Assembly (NCBI GenBank): GCA_963825865.1 | Contig: CAWGVG010000026.1 | Span: 64,001-128,000 of the forward strand | Length of the DNA stretch: 64,000 nt | Direction: 5' to 3' | From: an uncultured Nitrososphaeraceae archaeon | GTDB lineage: Archaea; Thermoproteota; Nitrososphaeria; Nitrososphaerales; Nitrososphaeraceae | Shown here: piece after piece, positions 56,950 through 64,000 of the stretch | Position numbering within the stretch: position 1 is the stretch's first letter | How the letters are laid out: the number at the start of each line of letters is the position of its first letter | Translations under genes and position numbers: made by a program | The notes under the pieces: generated by a model | What the model was told of the DNA's origin: nothing | Databases searched by the model: none | Seen by the model: the letters and a program-made list of their open reading frames with translations, nothing else

Positions 56950-57695
56950 AGAGATTTATCACGTATAATATAAGACTCTTGTGTTATTTTCTCATGCTGC
57001 CTTTTCCTGAACTCAAAATACTCGTTTAATGCGGCCATACACTCAGGTGTTAATAGAGCATTGTATCTAGAATTTTTAGACTGCGGATAGATACTTAAAA
57101 TACCAATGTTATTCTCTTGCAATTTCTTGAGATGCTTTATCTTTAATTCCTTGATAGCTCCTACTCTTATTCCGGTAGATGACATTAGTAAAATTAGACA
57201 GCGATCTCTGGGATCAGCTTCAGACAAGAGTTTTGCGATTTCATCTCTTGTATAAGCTCTCAAATTATTAGTAACTTGTTCAGGACAATATTTTACATCT
57301 TTTTCCAGTTTAGCATTGTTTCATTAAAGTCAAGGAAAGATTGTATGCCAGCCAAATAATTTTTAATGGAGTTTACAGATATTTCACCTCGTTTTGCTTT
57401 ACCGACCGATTGCTTAGCATTCTGTTTAAGGTGTATAATGTAGTTAAGAACCATATTCCTTATTTGTTCTGTTTTTAATTGAATTAAAGAATCAGGGTCA
57501 ATACTGTGATATTTGCAAAATAATGAAAGGTGAATCCTATATAGTTTCTTTGTAGCTTGGGAATTATATCCCTCTAGCCATATTTTGCAGGAGTTATAAC
57601 TTTCTAATTCTAGCTTGGCGAAACCACAGTTTGTCTTTGGGGCGGCGGCAATGGTAGTGGTGGTGGTAGAGGTAGTACCTCATAATAGCAGTCAT
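56950..57695 (-). pseudogene. Tyrosine recombinase/integrase, N-terminal two-thirds
   Basis: SQATKKLYRIHLSLFCK, NSIKNYLAGIQSFLDFN and RAYTRDEIAKLL...RDRCLILLMSSTGIRVGA; C-terminal HxxR/Y region missing. Confidence 0.8.
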
Positions 57696-57934
57696 CCTAT
57701 ATTTACAAGTCCCCAGCTATTAACCATACTAAAAGGTTTAGTTAATGTATTAAAACTTGAATTCAACAAATACAAATTACCTGTATCTATAAGAAGTAGG
57801 CTTCTATGCAGCAAGGCTTAACTGCGGTGTATATATATCAATAACAGAAATAACTACCGCATTTACAGATTACAGGTGGCATTCCAGTATAAAAGAAAGG
57901 AGACTGGAAAGAATCTTCTCTGCTTTATTATGGT

Positions 57935-59204
57935 TCAAGCTGAAGAAAGAACTATTCTATATATGGCTCCGCTATATGAAAGAACATACAGATATCCATC
58001 AGGTCCTACCTGTATATCCGTAATGCCACCAAATCCATTTCCAAAGGCGATTTCCTGCGGGTTAGTTGCAACTTTACCGACAAGTAATCCTGTTCTCTGC
58101 TCGTTGAGCTTAAAGTTATAAAGATTGCCATTGATTATATCTCCTACAAACATATCATTTTGATATTGTTGGCCTAACTTCTCAGAGTTGAGGAATTTGA
58201 GTGCAGTAGGGCCAACTGGCTGATTCCATACAAATTCAGGATCACGATATGTTCCTTTTCCATTTATATTTACCAAAACATTAGCTGGATTAAGTTGACG
58301 AGCCTGTGCTGACCCTTGAATCTTTGTCCATCCGCTATTGAACCCCGGTTCTACAAGGTTAATTTCATCACCAAAGGTCGGACCATTCTCTGTATCCCAT
58401 AGCTTTCCTGTAACAGGATCAAAATCAATTCCAAAACTGTTGCGTATTCCATAAGCATAGTATTTGTTTAAAGTAGGGTCTGTATCGTTACCCAGAGGGC
58501 TGTTTGGTATTACTGCATCACCATCCTGTGTAACTCTAAGTACACCACCTGTGCCATCAGGAAGTGGTCCGCCTATTGCGTTTTCACTTTGTGTCATATG
58601 ACCTCCTACGTCACCGATAATAAGATATACATTATTATCAGGACCAACCACAAGCTTCCCACCATTATGCTCGAAACGAACAGAGTTGGGATTGCTTGGG
58701 ATAGCAGGCAGATCTAAAAGAAGTTTGGGATTTATTAATTGATTATTTGCCAATTCGTACCTATATAAACGATTACCGATCGAGTTATCTACTCCACCAC
58801 CTGCTTCCGTATAATACAAGAATACATAGGTAGTGGGTCCATTCCTTGTTACGGCAATTCCTAGCATGCCTCTTTCAACTTGGGTAGCAACATTAGCATG
58901 TAGTAGTGGCTGTGGAAGCATTTGTCCATTCGTAATTCTATGTACAGTTACCAGTATTTTTCTCCAAAACCAAAATATCATTTGGACCTAAAAACGCCAT
59001 GCTCGTTGGGCGAACAAGGCCTGTAAATACTGTCTCTACCTTGAGAGCAGGATCATTAATTGTCGGTCCACTTGCTGATGGAGATGGTATGGTGTATGCA
59101 GCATAAGCAAAGTGTCCAGAAAGTGCTAAAAGTCCTGCCAGAAGAGCTAAGCTTGTAATAAGGACAGCTGATGAAAGTCCAACATTCTTCCTCATAATCA
59201 ACAA
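57935..59204 (-). CDS. Secreted PQQ-dependent glucose/sorbosone dehydrogenase-like protein (frameshifted)
   Basis: PTSMAFLGPNDILVLEK, ERGMLGIA, HNGG, YAYGIRNSFG, DTENGP..GDEIN and GPDGYLY. Confidence 0.9.
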
Positions 59205-59446
59205 ACGTTGTCAATTCCAAACGTTTCTCTCTGGTATTTGAATGTAAGTAAACTATGTTAAATAACATTTATCACTAGCAGCCGCACCCAACCAGGGATC
59301 CTTATGATGGGTATATCATATTCAAGGGAGAAGGGACTGCGATGGAGTTAAATTAATTTTAATAAGCGCATAAAATTCTACAAAAGGTATAATACTATGT
59401 CAATCTTTAATAATAAAAATACAAGTCGTTCCTGTTTTTTGTCACT

Positions 59447-60647
59447 ATGATGTTACTAATCTTTATATCATCAAACATACATGATACATTGTATATGATA
59501 AATTATACGAAGAACAGAAGCCCAGATGAGATTATTTCATCCATTTTACAGGCTGCTTACGGAGGATCATCCAAGACAACAATTATGTATAAAGCGTTCA
59601 TAACCTATGACCAGTTGAACGAATTTCTATCGCTTCTAGTAGAAAAAGGGTTGATGGAGTATCGAGAAGGAGAGCGAAGTTTTAGAACTACAGATAAGGG
59701 AATAGGTTTCTTGCAGAACAACATAAAATCAACACAATTCAATAAAGTTCTGATAGTTGGGCTTGGTCAATTAGGGCTTCCTGTAGCTAAATATGTAAAG
59801 GAGAGAGGATTTGATGATGTCTATGGATACGATATAAGCCCTGAAGCGATGGATCGTGCAGAAAAAACAGCAGGAATAAAGAAAGCTAATGATTTTAGTG
59901 ATTTTGATGTTTATGTTTTATGCGTCTCTACTCACAAATCTGACGATATATTCTCGCCACAGGTAGAAGGTCTATTATCTATAGTAGAGAGAATTTCAAA
60001 GGAAGCAAAGAGAAATGGAGCACTTCTATCAATAGAAAGTACCATTCCAAAGGGAACATCAAAGAAAGTGTTTGAAATACTCAATCACAGACTGCATGTA
60101 GCTCATGCGCCCCATAGATGGTATTCTTTAGAAGAAAAAGAGCATGGTGTAAATCAGCTACGCATTGTTGGTGGAGTTTCTAATTGTTGTCTTGAAGCGG
60201 CCATGCAGTTCTATAATGGAAAAAGCTCTTTTGAAAATATTGATAATGATGAAAATGTCAACAACAACAACAATTCAATCGATTCTACTACTACTAATAC
60301 TAGTAGCATGCCATCAAAAACAAGAAAAAGCCTAGGGATTCCTATGCATCCAGTTTCAGAAATAGAAATGGCTGAATTAGCAAAGATTGTTGAAAATGCT
60401 CATAGATATTTGCAAATTGCATTCGCTGAAGATCTTTACCTATACTGCCAAGCAAATAACATAAACTTTCCGGAATTGCGAGATGCTCTGAATACTAAAT
60501 GGAATGTGCACATTTTAGAACCAAGAGAAGGGATTGGAGGACATTGTTTGCCAAAGGATACTAAAATGTTCTTGCAATCGTCTCAATCTATAAAAAGTAA
60601 AATATTGACAGCTCGCCGTAGAAGTAGATGAGGAATATAGACAGTGA
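59447..60647 (+). CDS. Winged-helix (ArnR1-like) domain fused to a UDP-glucose/GDP-mannose dehydrogenase-family domain
   Basis: RSPDEIISSIL..SKTTIMYKA...TTDKG, then IVGLGQLG, IESTIPKG, AELAKIVENAHR and GIGGHCLPKD. Confidence 0.8.
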
Positions 60648-61235
60648 AGCTCTCGACAGGTAATAAAGTAGTGTCGACTCCTCTCAACGTAGTAAATGGT
60701 ACTGGATAGCATTCTTTACCATTTTCATTATTTTGGAATAAGGGTTAGATTTTAGCATTTCATCATTACAGATTTTAATACTCATTAAAACGTGAATGTT
60801 TTATTTATGGATCTCAGCGACTAAGCAATTATGAGTAATGAATACGATTTTATATATTGTATTTTGTGACTACTTATTTACCGATTATTCCATACACTGT
60901 ATTTAGTCATTACGATATGAAATATCTTAAAATGGATCAAGACGACAACAGGGTGTTTATTTGACAAGTGAATCTGATATTGAAAGGCTTGGAACTTTGA
61001 TTGCTATTCCAGCAAGGTTCTTCCCATTAAATCTTATATCAATCTATACCCTGATTGTCTCTAAATTGGTTTTCTTGATTTAAAACGAACCATCTCCACA
61101 GCATCGTCATACTAACCAGCAATTGAAACCAGAAAATATCTTCAGACGAATTATTTGAAATATGTGTGTAGTAATCACTAAGAGTACATATCTAAAATTT
61201 TATAAATGGACAGATTAAACATAGACGCAACTTAA

Positions 61236-62241
61236 ATGGATACAAATCGGGGAGTAGTATATCGATTTAGCGAATCTGAACTGGCCCTTGATCAATTTGC
61301 CGATGATGTAGAAAAAGGACTTGGCTCTCAAAGCAAGTATCTCAAACCAAAGTACTTCTATGATCAAATCGGTTCAAAAATATTTGAACAGATATGCATA
61401 CAACCAGAATATTATATAACACATATAGAATCTGATATACTAAGAAATAATTCTCCTAACATTGTCAGCATGTGCAACGGTGATATCAGTATAGTGGAGC
61501 TCGGAAGCGGCAGTTCCTCTAAGACTCGAATTCTCTTGGAGCATACGTTGGAAAAACAGACCTTTCTCTACTATTTTCCTATAGATGTCTCTCATAACAT
61601 ACTCCATCAGACGGTTCGAAATCTCTCTTCAGATTTTTCAAATCTTCGTACAGATAGGGATTTCTTCAGATTATGCTATTGGTATAGAAAAGGCTACGGA
61701 GTTAATTATTACTCAATCTCCTGTTACATCAAGAAAACTAATACTTTTTTTAGGATCGAGCATAGGAAATTTTGAACCGTTTGAAGCAAGGTCTTTCCTT
61801 CAGATGCTAAAAGACTTGATGAACAATAAGGATCTTCTGCTAGTAGGATTTGACCTGCAAAAAGAGCCAAAAATACTTGATGCTGCATATAATGACAGGG
61901 CTGAAATGACAGCTAAATTCAATCTTAATCTACTATCGCGAATTAACAGAGATCTAGGGGGAGAATTTGACATCAAAAAGTTTAATCATTATGCATTTTA
62001 TAATAAAAATAAGGAGAGAATAGAGATGCATTTGGTGTCAAAGGTCAATCAGAACGTGCACATCCAAATTATAGATGCAACATTTAGGTTTAAAGAAGGA
62101 GAATCAATCCATACAGAAAATTCATACAAGTATTCACTTGAACAGATACAACTTCTAGCTGAAGAGAGTGGCTTTGAACTAAAAACGAATTTCTTAAATC
62201 AAAGAAAATGGTTTGACTTAGCCCTCTTATCTCCATTATAA
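61236..62241 (+). CDS. egtD: L-histidine N-alpha-methyltransferase (frameshifted)
   Basis: PKYFYDQIGSKIFEQI...PEYY, VELGSGSSSKT, FLGSSIGNF, AAYND, FNLNLL, RIEMHL and IHTENSYKY. Confidence 0.92.
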
Positions 62242-62280
62242 CGAAATTAAATTGAATAGCATTGACACACACAATATCAA

Positions 62281-63628
62281 TTAAATGTCAATGGCACAGC
62301 GGAAGCCTGAGAAAAGTATTCTTTCCTGCGGCTTGAAATAATTTCGGTAGCTGTTCCTTATCTGATCGGTTGGGGTAGCAAAGCTTCCTCCTCGAAGTAT
62401 CTTTTGATTTATTGCCCATTTGTTTGTATATTCAGAAAACTTTGGCTTAAAGCCAGGATAGAGAACATATTCTGAAGATGTCCACTCCCATACATCACCT
62501 ATCATCTGATAGCAGCCATAATAGACTCTTACCATCTGGAAATGAACCTACCTTAGATGGGGCCCATAAGCAAGACTCAAGTAAATTACTTTGTTTTGGA
62601 GTAGGTTTTTCATCTCCCCATGGATATAAAGTCTTTTTTTGTAATTCTTCATTCCAACTTGCAGCTTTTTCCCATTCTGCTTCTGTAGGAAGTCTTTTTC
62701 CAGCCCAGTTAGCATAAGCATTGGCTTCATAGTAACTTACATTGGTTACAGGTTCATCAGGGTCAATTTCTCTCATACCTCGAAAGTCCTTTTTCATCCA
62801 TGCATCATCTTCTTCTTTCCGCTCCCAGTAAAGTGGAGCTTTCCATTTTTCCTCCTTTACAAGTTCCCAGCCATCGGCTAGCCAATAGTGGAAATCATCG
62901 TATCCATCATCCTCAATAAACTTCATAAATTCGCCATTAGTCACAGGTCCCACGTCTATTTTGAAAGTAGGAAGGTAAACCTTATGCTCCGGAAGTTCAT
63001 TATCATAGCAAAAACCCCCGCAGCTAAAACCTAATTCGTATATCCCACCAGGTATTTCAACCGTGCCGGTGGGCTTTTTTACTTGCTCAGAAGGTGGCGC
63101 TAATCTGCTTATAGGTTTATAATTATCGGCAGGATCTGGGAAGCGCTGGAAGTAATGCTGGAAGTCATAAATCATAAGTTCCTGATGCTGCATTTCATGC
63201 TGGTTGGATAGCTTAATATCATATTTTAGTTCTTCTGATAATTTGTTAGAAGATTCCGTCTTGTTCAAAAACGAAATGACCTTTTCTTCAATAAATGTTC
63301 TATACTTAAGAGTCTCATTTACAGTTGGTCTTGGAAATTTACCCCTCTCGGATTTAGGAAGTATCTTCCCAAACTTCTGGTAGTAAGAGTTAAGGTATTC
63401 CAAATTGACATTTTCGTTAGAATAAATCTCTTCTCCGTATTTTTCCAAAATCTTTTGGAAGAACCAAGTTACATGGGCAATATGCCAGTTTGCAGGACTT
63501 CCAAAAGTATTTGACTGCATAACTGCATCCTCAATTTTTAACGGTTTGAATAGGTTAGATGTATTTTTTCTAACCTTAATGAAGTCAGCAAGCAAATCAT
63601 TGATGCCTTCGCTGAGTATTTGAGTCAT
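62281..63628 (-). CDS. egtB: Ergothioneine biosynthesis sulfoxide synthase (frameshifted)
   Basis: [21 protein letters not shown] iron motif, and FGE-like domain [31 protein letters not shown] and FSGFRCA. Confidence 0.88.
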
Positions 63629-64000
63629 ATTATATCGAGATCTCTAAAACTTATTAATAGTTTCTTATTTCATGTAGTCAATCTTCAAAGAAGTAAAAAT
63701 GGAAAATAAATGAAAAAACCTGCAGACATAAGAAATAATTATTTTTTTAATTTTCTATGATAGAGCGTGGAGTAGTTTTACAATAATGATAACAGTATTG
63801 CTAGATTATGGTATTATATGTTAGTGACTATTTACCTACGGAAGTTGTGTTAGTTAAAAGATAGTCTCACACTTTGAGAGCATTTTGCATTGCACGGAGG
63901 AATTATTGTCATTATTGTTATTTTTTTATTATTATTGTGTTGTAAATATTTATCTTCTTAAAGTCAAGATGCAATATACTACTAACCTGTATAGCATAAT

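Noticed and set aside
61236-63628. Selenoneine (senA) or ovothiol (ovoA) pathway
   Set aside because: No senB/senC in the window and no C-terminal methyltransferase on the sulfoxide synthase

Overview
AT-rich archaeal DNA. The gene content points to a soil ammonia-oxidising Nitrososphaeraceae (thaumarchaeal) genome: two TFB paralogues, CDC48, a TRAM protein, MEDS/receiver proteins, USPs, a PQQ sugar dehydrogenase, a wHTH-fused nucleotide-sugar dehydrogenase and typical integrase/IS remnants. This is an accessory region with low coding density. Most long genes carry 1-2 frameshifts, which may be assembly indels rather than real decay. No rRNA, tRNA or CRISPR array was recognised. Two IS5-family elements could be delimited by their TIRs and target duplications. 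The best candidate for an undescribed system is a family of five small secreted proteins (about 3.3-3.6, 6.75-7.35, 8.06-8.32, 26.0-26.2 and 56.3-56.7 kb). They share a signal peptide and a curlin-like Q/N/G core with co-varying cysteines, and carry variable C-terminal passengers. A conserved promoter and a 25-bp-periodic upstream operator occur at four sites. Other unannotated signals: a GC-rich rod-like ncRNA candidate (32.23-32.40 kb), a structured leader on the TRAM gene, a three-copy ~180-bp non-coding repeat tied to terminase remnants, a 29-bp-periodic palindromic triple repeat, an egtB/egtD ergothioneine pair, and several small ORFs and remnants missed by the ORF track. All product calls come from recalled motifs; no database search was run.
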